IMG/VR virus record: IMGVR_UViG_3300031857_000007
Source of the DNA: a virus
Taxonomy: Duplodnaviria > Caudoviricetes
Direction: 5' to 3' (one strand)
Length of the DNA: 64,000 nt
Both the position numbers and the translations under genes were made by a program. This document shows, in pieces, positions 21,092-28,266 of the stretch (the first letter of the stretch is position 1; the number at the start of each line of letters is the position of its first letter). The notes below the pieces were generated by a model. That model was given only the letters and a program-made list of their open reading frames with translations, was not told the DNA's origin and ran no database searches.

Positions 21092-21151
21092 AGTATAAAG
21101 GGTCAGGGTGGGGGATCGGTGTCCCCCTTGTGCCAGTGCCTCAGTCGGCAT
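21092..21151 (-). promoter_or_regulatory. Early promoter element
   Basis: TATACT at 21092-21097; GTGCCAGT-gcctca-GTCGGCAT at 21130-21151; spacer hairpin GGGGGA-caccga-TCCCCC. Confidence 0.75.
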
Positions 21152-21332
21152 AAAGGGAGTTGAAATCCTCCACAAACTCCAGCGCCTCATCACCCGTCAT
21201 GCGGGAGATCATTTCACGGGCGATCGTTTCCCAGGAGTAGTGATCCGCCAGATCACAGATCGCCTCACGGGCATCGGAAGCGTAGCGGTGAGCGGCGGTG
21301 ATCTGAGCGTAGGTCATTTCCAGGCGGGACAT
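21141..21332 (-). CDS. Early hypothetical acidic protein (63 aa)
   Basis: ORF lies between two promoter elements; its stop codon is inside the next palindrome. Confidence 0.7.
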   Translation of the reverse strand: MSRLEMTYAQITAAHRYASDAREAICDLADHYSWETIAREMISRMTGDEALEFVEDFNSLYAD

Positions 21333-21355
21333 GGTAGATCGGTTGAACTGAGATC

Positions 21356-21414
21356 AGTATAAAGGGTCAGCGGTGCCCCCATATGGGTCTGGTGGACAGT
21401 GCCTCAGTTGGCAC
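21356..21414 (-). promoter_or_regulatory. Early promoter element
   Basis: TATACT at 21356-21361; TGGACAGT-gcctca-GTTGGCAC at 21393-21414; shares 26 identical nt (gaactgagatcagtataaagggtcag) with the copy at 21081. Confidence 0.75.
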
Positions 21415-22300
21415 ACTGGAAACGTCCGCTGTTGAAATTATGATAGGAGAACACCTCACGATTCACGAGTTTGAACATACCAAACTCATTGGTCATTACA
21501 TAACCCTCAGCGTCAATACGATTGCCGTTCACATAAGCAGCAGGACCATAATTGCGACACAAGTATACACAATCATCTTTGATAGACTTAACCAATGCCC
21601 ACAAGCGAATCAGGTTAGGATCACAATCAAAGTCCTCAGCAGCAACCTGTTCGCCAGCACGAATGCAGGCGTTGATTTGTTGTTTGATCTTTGCTGCTTC
21701 CTTATCAGAAACAAACTCACAAGCGGTAGACATTTGGCGGGCAAAGTCCACAACTTCTTTCACATCAGCAAACGATTCTTGATTGTAAAGAATGTATGCT
21801 TCAGGTTTCACAAACTTAACAGTTTCAGTATCATTCCAGATCGCACGGTCAGGCATTGCAACTGCTTCGCGCAGATCATTCTCTGCAAAGTAGCAAGTGT
21901 GAGGGGCAATGATAATCTGCTGAGAAACTACCTCAGAAAACTTGTAAGTAATCGTGTTGGGAGTATACTCATCGCTACCGCCAAAACCAATAAAATCACC
22001 TTGGTAGACAGTATTGGTGCGAGGAAGATAATCAAAGCAAGCATGAAGAATAGACGCAACCTCACCTTGATAGTGTTGATCAATTTCTTCATGAGAGTGA
22101 GCAATGCGAATCTTTTTCTTGTTAAAGACTGCTTTCGTTCCTACAAAGAACTCACCGTTTGCAGGATCAATTCCCCACACAATTGCGGGAGCACCATCAA
22201 TCTTAACGCTCAAAGTGCCAGGGGCAATGAACCAATCAAGACACGAAAGATCACCAGTGAGAATGGTATCTTCGGGGTGTTCGAGGTGTGTGTTTTTCAT
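21404..22300 (-). CDS. Conserved phage protein with a KxDG nucleotidyltransferase/ligase-like motif (DUF6267-like)
   Basis: 298 aa with NTHLEHPED, LSVKIDGAPAIVWG and VYQGDFIGF. Confidence 0.6.
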   Translation of the reverse strand: MKNTHLEHPEDTILTGDLSCLDWFIAPGTLSVKIDGAPAIVWGIDPANGEFFVGTKAVFNKKKIRIAHSHEEIDQHYQGEVASILHACFDYLPRTNTVYQGDFIGFGGSDEYTPNTITYKFSEVVSQQIIIAPHTCYFAENDLREAVAMPDRAIWNDTETVKFVKPEAYILYNQESFADVKEVVDFARQMSTACEFVSDKEAAKIKQQINACIRAGEQVAAEDFDCDPNLIRLWALVKSIKDDCVYLCRNYGPAAYVNGNRIDAEGYVMTNEFGMFKLVNREVFSYHNFNSGRFQCAN

Positions 22301-22306
22301 GCTCTT

Positions 22307-22365
22307 AGTATGGCAGAGAATTGAGCGGATCGCAAGAGGGCGTGTGCCAGTTCTCAGAGTGCCCC
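22307..22365 (-). promoter_or_regulatory. Early promoter element
   Basis: CATACT at 22307-22312; GTGCCAGT-tctcag-AGTGCCCC at 22344-22365; gap 31 nt. Confidence 0.7.
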
Positions 22366-22680
22366 ATTCTCATCAAGAATTCCCCACTGAATGGTTCCCT
22401 GATACATGCCAATGTAACGGTTTCCAATACTCAAACCAACGATTTCATCTTCACTATCACCAATCAGATTGACACTGAAATAGAAATAGTTGCTGATAGA
22501 ATCGGGGGTGCGGAATTTCATAACCTGAATTTTCTCCCAAAGAATAGTAGCAATTGCAGCAACGAATGCTGCGGCAGTGATTACAAAACTCTTCATATCT
22601 TGATAGAGTTTCTGATAATCAACCTCCTGCAGTTTCACGAACAGATCATCAGCAGGCGGGAAAGATTTGGTCAGTTCCAT
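22354..22680 (-). CDS. Hypothetical protein with one predicted TM helix
   Basis: 108 aa; hydrophobic segment FVITAAAFVAAIATILW. Confidence 0.65.
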   Translation of the reverse strand: MELTKSFPPADDLFVKLQEVDYQKLYQDMKSFVITAAAFVAAIATILWEKIQVMKFRTPDSISNYFYFSVNLIGDSEDEIVGLSIGNRYIGMYQGTIQWGILDENGAL

Positions 22681-22701
22681 TGTGAAGAAAAGGTGAAAGA
22701 A

Positions 22702-22875
22702 TCAGTTCAGGAAGGTTGCGGGATTGCCATAATCGGCAATGTGATGACCATTCAAACGAATCTCAGCGTAACCGAATTCCTCTGCCAAATCATAACAGAG
22801 ATCGTATGCCTGACCCTCATCACTCACAGACTGCGACTCATAAGGGGCAGAGGGGACGATAACTTCGTAACGCAT
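22702..22875 (-). CDS. Early hypothetical acidic protein (57 aa)
   Basis: Manual translation MRYEVIVPSAPYESQSVSDEGQAYDLCYDLAEEFGYAEIRLNGHHIADYGNPATFLN. Confidence 0.7.
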   Translation of the reverse strand: MRYEVIVPSAPYESQSVSDEGQAYDLCYDLAEEFGYAEIRLNGHHIADYGNPATFLN

Positions 22876-22897
22876 GAGGTTTGTTTGAACTGAAGTC

Positions 22898-22956
22898 AGT
22901 ATAGGGGGTCAGCGGTGCCCTTGTGGGGTTTTGGTGGACAGTTCAGGGATTGGACC
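22898..22956 (-). promoter_or_regulatory. Early promoter element
   Basis: TATACT at 22898-22903; TGGACAGT-tcaggg-ATTGGACC at 22935-22956; gap 31 nt. Confidence 0.7.
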
Positions 22957-22977
22957 GCCGCGGCCACTCAGTTTGTG

Positions 22978-23154
22978 TCACTTAACCACGATACGGTTCA
23001 ATTCTTCAAGTGTGCTCACATTCCAGTTGGCAATGTCACCATGGGGAGCATACAGTTTGCTATACCATTCCCCATACAATTCAGGATTAATGAGTTGCAC
23101 CTTCTCTAGAGTTTCTGCAATCTCAACATTCAAATTGTGTTGGAAATTAGTCAT
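22978..23154 (-). CDS. Hypothetical protein (58 aa)
   Basis: Manual translation MTNFQHNLNVEIAETLEKVQLINPELYGEWYSKLYAPHGDIANWNVSTLEELNRIVVK. Confidence 0.6.
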   Translation of the reverse strand: MTNFQHNLNVEIAETLEKVQLINPELYGEWYSKLYAPHGDIANWNVSTLEELNRIVVK

Positions 23155-23345
23155 CAACCCTCCAGCAGTTCGGGGTAGTATTCTTCACACTCGGTGATCA
23201 ATTCTTCATCAGAATACTTAGCATAACCCTCATCCAGATAATCATAACAAAGCTGCGTCATTGTCTTGAGATCCATGTCATCCAACATCTGCTGAATGAG
23301 TTGATCTTGGAGTTCAGAACGGTTCATGTTAGTGTCAGTTGCCAT
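23154..23345 (-). CDS. Highly acidic hypothetical protein (start may be 23327)
   Basis: 63 aa, D/E-rich; coupled to its neighbours. Confidence 0.7.
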   Translation of the reverse strand: MATDTNMNRSELQDQLIQQMLDDMDLKTMTQLCYDYLDEGYAKYSDEELITECEEYYPELLEG

Positions 23346-23448
23346 TGATGATGTTCCAGAATTGTTTAGAGTTTGCCCCAGGAATGTGGGGAAGTTTCTT
23401 CTCCCAGTATCCTGTGATGTGACGATACCAAACTTTCAGGATGTTCAT
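23335..23448 (-). CDS. Small hypothetical protein (37 aa)
   Basis: Manual translation MNILKVWYRHITGYWEKKLPHIPGANSKQFWNIINGN. Confidence 0.5.
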   Translation of the reverse strand: MNILKVWYRHITGYWEKKLPHIPGANSKQFWNIINGN

Positions 23449-23451
23449 GAT

Positions 23452-23577
23452 TCAGTAATCGTATTCGCCGTTAATGTAATCCGTGAGGTTAAAATCTTCT
23501 TCTTTCAGTTCAGGAATGTCCAGATCGAAGATCTCACCAGGCATGTCTTGAATCTCTTGCCACATTTCATCAAACAT
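23452..23577 (-). CDS. Very acidic mini-protein (41 aa)
   Basis: Manual translation MFDEMWQEIQDMPGEIFDLDIPELKEEDFNLTDYINGEYDY; GAGGGAG RBS upstream. Confidence 0.65.
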   Translation of the reverse strand: MFDEMWQEIQDMPGEIFDLDIPELKEEDFNLTDYINGEYDY

Positions 23578-23602
23578 TGGTGTCTCCCTCAGGAACAAAC
23601 GT

Positions 23603-23660
23603 AGTATGGCACCGATCAGGGCACGAATCAACCGATGGTGGACAGTACGGGAACTGGCTC
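23603..23660 (-). promoter_or_regulatory. Early promoter element
   Basis: CATACT at 23603-23608; TGGACAGT-acggga-ACTGGCTC at 23639-23660. Confidence 0.7.
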
Positions 23661-23785
23661 ACGAACCCTCTGGCTGCCGCCCAGGAGGCGCTAGAATGGG
23701 GTCACAAGCGAATGAGGGGTGAGGTAGCCCTGCGGACGACAATTATCGACACTGAAGCAGCTTTGAAATATTAATTGCAAAGTAT

Positions 23786-23812
23786 AAAAAAAGGGAGGCA
23801 TTGTGCCCCCCC
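23786..23812 (-). terminator. Intrinsic terminator after the ArdA-like gene
   Basis: GGGGGGCA-caa-TGCCTCCC-TTTTTTT. Confidence 0.8.
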
Positions 23813-23819
23813 ATTTGAT

Positions 23820-24257
23820 TCAGTGATCGCGGAAGATATGCATCGAACGATAAGAAGTTCCATCGTTACATGCAGTGAAATCATAACGCAACGAAGTCTC
23901 CCAAGTTGCTTCCCAATCCACTACAATTCCAGAAGGGATATCATAACCCATATCATCATAGAAAGATTCAGCAAACTCTGCCTCATCATTGAAGCAACCT
24001 TGATAACGCTCATCACAGCATTCAATATCACTCATGCAACCAACTTCGCCAATGAGAGCATCAACTGCCTCGTATCCGATTGCTTCACCACAACGAACAT
24101 ACTCCTCGTAATAGTTACAGAAGTCGTCCTCATTGTAGGTATCAATGAACTCCAACATGTCATCCAGAGCGTAGTTATCTTCCAGACGCTCTTCAATGAA
24201 CTCTACAGTTTGAACATTCAGAGTTTCTTTGTAGTTAGCGGTCAGGGTGATCGACAT
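23820..24257 (-). CDS. ardA: ArdA-like antirestriction (DNA mimic) protein
   Basis: 145 aa, extremely acidic; C-terminal YQGCFNDEAEFAESFYDD...VDWEATWETSLRYDF resembles the ArdA C-terminal pattern. Confidence 0.65.
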   Translation of the reverse strand: MSITLTANYKETLNVQTVEFIEERLEDNYALDDMLEFIDTYNEDDFCNYYEEYVRCGEAIGYEAVDALIGEVGCMSDIECCDERYQGCFNDEAEFAESFYDDMGYDIPSGIVVDWEATWETSLRYDFTACNDGTSYRSMHIFRDH

Positions 24258-24372
24258 GATGAAAAGAATTAGTTTGGGTTGGGGTGCTGATCTCCCCTAC
24301 AGCATGTGAAGGATCTTACCTAGGACCTTTCCGATATCGGTGGTTTCGCTAGGAGGGTTCGCTTCTGAAAGT

Positions 24373-24431
24373 AGTATGGCAGCAGTGGGGGGAGAAATCA
24401 ATCCCCCTTGTGCCACTTGTCAGACCGTCAC
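24373..24431 (-). promoter_or_regulatory. Early promoter element
   Basis: CATACT at 24373-24378; GTGCCACT-tgtcag-ACCGTCAC at 24410-24431; spacer hairpin GGGGGA...TCTCCCCC. Confidence 0.7.
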
Positions 24432-24632
24432 ACGTCCTTCCATTTCACGCAATTGATTCATGATATCAAATAGTTCCATTTCGTCCATATCAGCACTCTC
24501 CATATCTACGGGTGCAAATTCATTCAAATTCACGCTACCGTCAGAATAGATTGGAGCATAGAACAGTTCGTTACTATCTTCCTGCGACAGGGTGAATACA
24601 CAACCGTAGTTGGTGGCAGTGAGAAGAATCAT
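24420..24632 (-). CDS. Early hypothetical acidic protein (70 aa)
   Basis: ORF between two promoter elements. Confidence 0.7.
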   Translation of the reverse strand: MILLTATNYGCVFTLSQEDSNELFYAPIYSDGSVNLNEFAPVDMESADMDEMELFDIMNQLREMEGRVTV

Positions 24633-24653
24633 GGGGCAATCCCTGACGACTTG

Positions 24654-24714
24654 AGTATCATTGCACCCAGCTGCCCCCTGTGGGCGATTTAGTGGACACT
24701 TGAACTAGTGGCAC
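24654..24714 (-). promoter_or_regulatory. Early promoter element
   Basis: GATACT at 24654-24659; TGGACACT-tgaact-AGTGGCAC at 24693-24714. Confidence 0.65.
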
Positions 24715-24842
24715 AATGATACTTGATATTGGCAATCGGTGCGCTATGATCGAGAATCGATAGGATTAATGTAGATTAATCAGAATATTGGGAGGAGAAT
24801 ATAATTCTCCTAGCATGAAGAAATATTAATATTGGGATAGAG

Positions 24843-25004
24843 TTACCAAATACGGTCTAGACTCAGATCTTCAATATATGCCTTCACACGCTCATCGCCA
24901 CCCAATTCAAACAGTTTTTCCCAATCAATATCGCGTGGGTTAAAGTCTTGAAACACGTCTAGTTCTAGAGTAATACGATACTTGTTTTTCTGTGCGTAAA
25001 CCAT
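24843..25004 (-). CDS. Hypothetical protein (53 aa)
   Basis: Manual translation MVYAQKNKYRITLELDVFQDFNPRDIDWEKLFELGGDERVKAYIEDLSLDRIW; has its own sigma70 promoter. Confidence 0.65.
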   Translation of the reverse strand: MVYAQKNKYRITLELDVFQDFNPRDIDWEKLFELGGDERVKAYIEDLSLDRIW

Positions 25005-25030
25005 AGGATCTAGGTGAAGTAACTATGTAC

Positions 25031-25059
25031 ATGTTACATGAATCTAGAAGGAATGTCAA
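25031..25059 (-). promoter_or_regulatory. Sigma70-type promoter
   Basis: TTGACA-17 nt-TAACAT. Confidence 0.6.
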
Positions 25060-25295
25060 GTGCATGGTGTATATATGAATCTCGATATGAATCTAGTTGT
25101 ATATGTGTGAATCTCGATATGTTGATATAATGATATGAATCTAGTTGTATAATGCGAATCTAGATGGGCAATCTAGTTGTATGATGCGAATCTAGTTGAG
25201 TCTAGTTGTGAATCTAGTTGTGAATCTCGAAGGATATATGCGAATCTAGTTGTATAATGATATAACGTTATTGTTATATGATATCATGAATCTAG
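25040..25295. repeat. Array of 13 GAATCT(A/C)G(TTGT) direct repeats (iteron-like)
   Basis: Copies start at about 25040, 25077, 25089, 25109, 25137, 25156, 25169, 25188, 25198, 25210, 25222, 25242 and 25288; spacing is irregular and there is no ORF. Confidence 0.9.
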
Positions 25296-25338
25296 TTTTA
25301 TATGTGCCCGCCTCCGTGTATTTTTGTTTCGGGGGCGC

Positions 25339-25367
25339 TTGACATTTTTTCGGAGTTGTGATACAAT
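25339..25367 (+). promoter_or_regulatory. Near-consensus sigma70 promoter with no downstream ORF
   Basis: TTGACA-17 nt-TACAAT with an extended TG. Confidence 0.75.
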
Positions 25368-25393
25368 GCACGCTAAGATCACAAGACTCTGAG

Positions 25394-25443
25394 GCATTTA
25401 TAAGACATTTATAAGGCATTAATAAGTTTATAAGACATTAAAG
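25394..25443. repeat. Tandem (G/A)CATTTATAAG repeats leading into an AT-rich tract
   Basis: gcatttataag acatttataag gcattaataag tttataag acattaaag. Confidence 0.8.
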
Positions 25444-25564
25444 AACTCAGAGACTCTCTAACAATATAACGATAACATTATAAGAGATAAATCACACAAA
25501 CATATTTAAAAATACATTTATTAATTAATTTAATTGTTTTTTACCATAAAATAAGCATTTTTAG

Positions 25565-26047
25565 TCATAATTGTTCAATAGTATATTCTTTCCATTCTTT
25601 AATCTTACAATCATTCAATAGGAATTGCATCTTATTATAAGGTGCTCTTGGTTTGCGAATTAACCTCATATTGGTTTGTTCTAATAGAGTATTACCTTTC
25701 TTTGTATTACAAGAACTACATGCTACTACAAGATTTTCCCATGTATCTTCTCCACCTCTACATTTAGGAATAACATGATCAATTGTCAATCGTTGTGTAG
25801 ATTCGCAATATTGACAAGTATGATTATCTCTCTTGTAGATCATTGATCTTGATGGTTTGTTCATAACAATCTTAGAAAATGGTACTTTCACATAACTTAA
25901 AAGGCGTATGACTCTATTCGATAATATCTGTGCCTTTTCTTTTAAGAGAAGAACTATTGCTCTTTTCCAACTGGTTATGTTTAATGGTTCATAGGAAGAG
26001 TTTAATACCAAGATACTGGTATTTGGTTGTATCGTTATACCATTCAT
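25565..26047 (-). CDS. HNH endonuclease (McrA-like)
   Basis: CQYC...TIDHVIPKCRGGEDTWENLVVACSSCNTKKG. Confidence 0.9.
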   Translation of the reverse strand: MNGITIQPNTSILVLNSSYEPLNITSWKRAIVLLLKEKAQILSNRVIRLLSYVKVPFSKIVMNKPSRSMIYKRDNHTCQYCESTQRLTIDHVIPKCRGGEDTWENLVVACSSCNTKKGNTLLEQTNMRLIRKPRAPYNKMQFLLNDCKIKEWKEYTIEQL

Positions 26048-26060
26048 GACTCACACTCAT

Positions 26061-26378
26061 TTAATCTCTTTGTCTCCAATCGTCGGGTTTGTCGCCTGTG
26101 AAGAAATCAATTATATCGTCTGCACTATTGAAATTTGTTCTATGATTTGAGGGATCGGGATCACCTAAATCTAATGCATTCATGAAGTCGTCCAAACTCC
26201 CTTCTTGCATATTTGGATTAGCAGCACGTCTTCTTGCTTGTCTTAGAATAGTTGCAGCAGAACGATTTGATTTTGCTAACTTCTCTGCCCATATCATATC
26301 CTCTAAACTTACTTCTTCATGCATTGCGATTTTATCACAGATTGCCTCAAGGCGAAGGCGATATTGCGTAGAGAGCAT
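26061..26378 (-). CDS. Hypothetical protein, paralog of 33668..33985
   Basis: Shares MLSTQYRLRLEAIC and EVSLEDMIWAEKLAK with that copy. Confidence 0.8.
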   Translation of the reverse strand: MLSTQYRLRLEAICDKIAMHEEVSLEDMIWAEKLAKSNRSAATILRQARRRAANPNMQEGSLDDFMNALDLGDPDPSNHRTNFNSADDIIDFFTGDKPDDWRQRD

Positions 26379-26398
26379 GTGTGTTATTCAAATAATGT

Positions 26399-26638
26399 TT
26401 ATTTATTTCTTAATTCTATCTCTTGCTGCAACTCTTTGGCAAGTTTATATGCGCGTCTCCACATGATATACTTTACAATTGGATTGGCAGGATTATGTAA
26501 TATCCACCACTTTGTCTTTTCATATTGTACTCTTGCAAGTTGAGTGAGCATATAAAATCCTCTTGCAACTGATTGATCGGTAAGAATCAAATATGCAATA
26601 CAAAAGAATATAATAAAGTATATGTAATTTGTGCTCAT
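26399..26638 (-). CDS. Small membrane protein, paralog of 34006..34239
   Basis: N-terminal TM helix; WWILHNPANPIVKYIMWRR. Confidence 0.75.
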   Translation of the reverse strand: MSTNYIYFIIFFCIAYLILTDQSVARGFYMLTQLARVQYEKTKWWILHNPANPIVKYIMWRRAYKLAKELQQEIELRNK

Positions 26639-26808
26639 TTTCTTAGTGTTTTCAGATATTCTAAGACAGTATCCCGTACTGCCATAAGTTCATTATAACA
26701 CTCTTGATTATGAGCACATTGTCTCAATTCAGAATCTGGTTTATGTACTGATTCGACAAACAAATCAAGTCCACGATTCCATTTAGTTTCTTGAGATTCA
26801 TTTTCCAT
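26635..26808 (-). CDS. Hypothetical protein (57 aa)
   Basis: Manual translation MENESQETKWNRGLDLFVESVHKPDSELRQCAHNQECYNELMAVRDTVLEYLKTLRK. Confidence 0.65.
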   Translation of the reverse strand: MENESQETKWNRGLDLFVESVHKPDSELRQCAHNQECYNELMAVRDTVLEYLKTLRK

Positions 26809-26968
26809 CTTGTTTAATTGTAACGGGGCAGAAAGGAATAACTTTTCGGATTTCTTGGACTATTTCTGTTTTTTGAACTTCAGTTAATCCAACAACTCTT
26901 TGAATACGGTAAATGATATTCAAAGCTTGTGAACAGGTAATAATGGTTGATGCAGTGAGAACAACCAT
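26798..26968 (-). CDS. Hypothetical protein (56 aa)
   Basis: Manual translation begins MVVLTASTIITCSQALNII; late-like TTAAATA upstream. Confidence 0.55.
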   Translation of the reverse strand: MVVLTASTIITCSQALNIIYRIQRVVGLTEVQKTEIVQEIRKVIPFCPVTIKQDGK

Positions 26969-27021
26969 GTCTATTCTCTTATTCTATTACTATTTAATAC
27001 AGTTTATGATATTTTAATGAT

Positions 27022-27408
27022 TCAATCCCAACTTACATTTTGTACAAGGAAACCAGGCATTACATAGGTCCATGCACCAAGTTCTTGACTGCCACCAACT
27101 TTATACTCCCATTTGTACTCAAACTTATTGTGACTATCCCATGTCACATATCCTTGTTCTTTATCAAATCGTCCTTTGATTGTCAGAGCATGTTTATTGG
27201 AGAAAATATTACGAGTGCGAAGAGAACCGCCCTTTTCGCGAGTTTCAATCACAACACAAGTGTCAGGATAGGTTTGAATACCTGCCTCAAGAATACATGG
27301 AGTTTCATATCGAAATGGTCGATATGTAGTGACATTTTGACCATATGCTGGTACTGAAAAAAGAAGTGCAGCAAACAACAATAGTTTTTTCATGATCATT
27401 TCATTCAA
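27022..27408 (-). CDS. Predicted secreted/periplasmic protein
   Basis: Signal peptide MKKLLLFAALLFSVPAYG. Confidence 0.7.
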   Translation of the reverse strand: MNEMIMKKLLLFAALLFSVPAYGQNVTTYRPFRYETPCILEAGIQTYPDTCVVIETREKGGSLRTRNIFSNKHALTIKGRFDKEQGYVTWDSHNKFEYKWEYKVGGSQELGAWTYVMPGFLVQNVSWD

Positions 27409-27418
27409 TACATTTCAT

Positions 27419-27565
27419 TTACTTTTCCAGGTTATCCAAATATTCGGAAATAACCTTAATGAAGTCTTCTTTGGTGAAGGTGTTAAGAATACTTTCCCTA
27501 GGATCATTTTCATCCCAGGTGATAGTGAGAGATCCGTCTTGTTCTTCATTTACTTCAATCGTCAT
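27419..27565 (-). CDS. Hypothetical protein (48 aa)
   Basis: Manual translation MTIEVNEEQDGSLTITWDENDPRESILNTFTKEDFIKVISEYLDNLEK. Confidence 0.6.
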   Translation of the reverse strand: MTIEVNEEQDGSLTITWDENDPRESILNTFTKEDFIKVISEYLDNLEK

Positions 27566-27896
27566 AATTACTGTCCCATGGTGCTTTACGTTCTAAAACT
27601 CTTTTGACCCTTTCCATTACCTCTGGGTCTGGTGGTTGATTCAACCTATCAACAAGAGCGTCAAAGTTTTCTTTTGATAGAATAATCTTTTCAGGTTTTG
27701 CACCTTTACCCCAGAACTTTTCAAACTCCCATTTGTAGTTCATATCCAACCATCCAGCATTTAGAGAACTCCAAAACTCTCCCCATACATGATAGTCATC
27801 AAAGCGAAAACCTTCATGACCAATCAACCGATACCACCACCAGAATGGAGTATAACGGAAAAACTTATTTGAGATAATCAGTTTATGAATATTCAT
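27555..27896 (-). CDS. Hypothetical Trp-rich protein; C-terminus resembles the DUF1778 pattern
   Basis: IILSKENFDALVDRLNQPPDP at the C-terminus. Confidence 0.6.
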   Translation of the reverse strand: MNIHKLIISNKFFRYTPFWWWYRLIGHEGFRFDDYHVWGEFWSSLNAGWLDMNYKWEFEKFWGKGAKPEKIILSKENFDALVDRLNQPPDPEVMERVKRVLERKAPWDSNYDD

Positions 27897-28060
27897 TTAT
27901 CTTTAATTACACAAGAACTTCCAGTACAGTTTAATTCGCCAGAAGTTCCAGATACTGTAGAAGTATGTTGTTCAGTTTTATCTGGTTTGATATTTGAGTA
28001 GACCATACCAGCAAGACAAACACCAATAAGAGAGAAAAAGATAACGTTGCAAAGTTTCAT
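27893..28060 (-). CDS. Small membrane-anchored protein (55 aa), paralog of 33068..33241
   Basis: Manual translation MKLCNVIFFSLIGVCLAGMVYSNIKPDKTEQHTSTVSGTSGELNCTGSSCVIKDK. Confidence 0.7.
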   Translation of the reverse strand: MKLCNVIFFSLIGVCLAGMVYSNIKPDKTEQHTSTVSGTSGELNCTGSSCVIKDK

Positions 28061-28266
28061 TGTGCTAACCTCAGTTTACGTTCTTTTGAAGAAATGTGCC
28101 CGTAAAATATATCATCATAAGGATAAATGTAATCGTCATACCACCCAGAACAAAGTGCTTCCCAGAAGTCACAATAGTCTCCAGAAACATAACAATCCCA
28201 GGCATACCAGAAGTCATGAAATCCGTCAATGAAGAGTTCCAATTTTGTTGGTTCTTTGAAGTTCAT
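28057..28266 (-). CDS. Hypothetical protein
   Basis: 69 aa; ATGA-type overlaps with neighbours. Confidence 0.6.
   Translation of the reverse strand: MNFKEPTKLELFIDGFHDFWYAWDCYVSGDYCDFWEALCSGWYDDYIYPYDDIFYGHISSKERKLRLAQ

Noticed and set aside
23661-23785. Possible decayed promoter element or ORF (track ORF 23577..23774 +)
   Set aside because: Only a weak CATTCT and one half-site are visible. The plus-strand ORF overlaps a promoter and has no support.
21383-24272. Long plus-strand ORFs (21383..22324, 22321..22893, 23775..24272)
   Set aside because: They are antisense to promoter-backed minus-strand genes and have unnatural I/T/H-rich composition.
25040-25295. CRISPR or mini-CRISPR array
   Set aside because: The repeats are only 8-12 nt, the spacers are 2-38 nt, irregular and low in complexity, and there is no cas operon.
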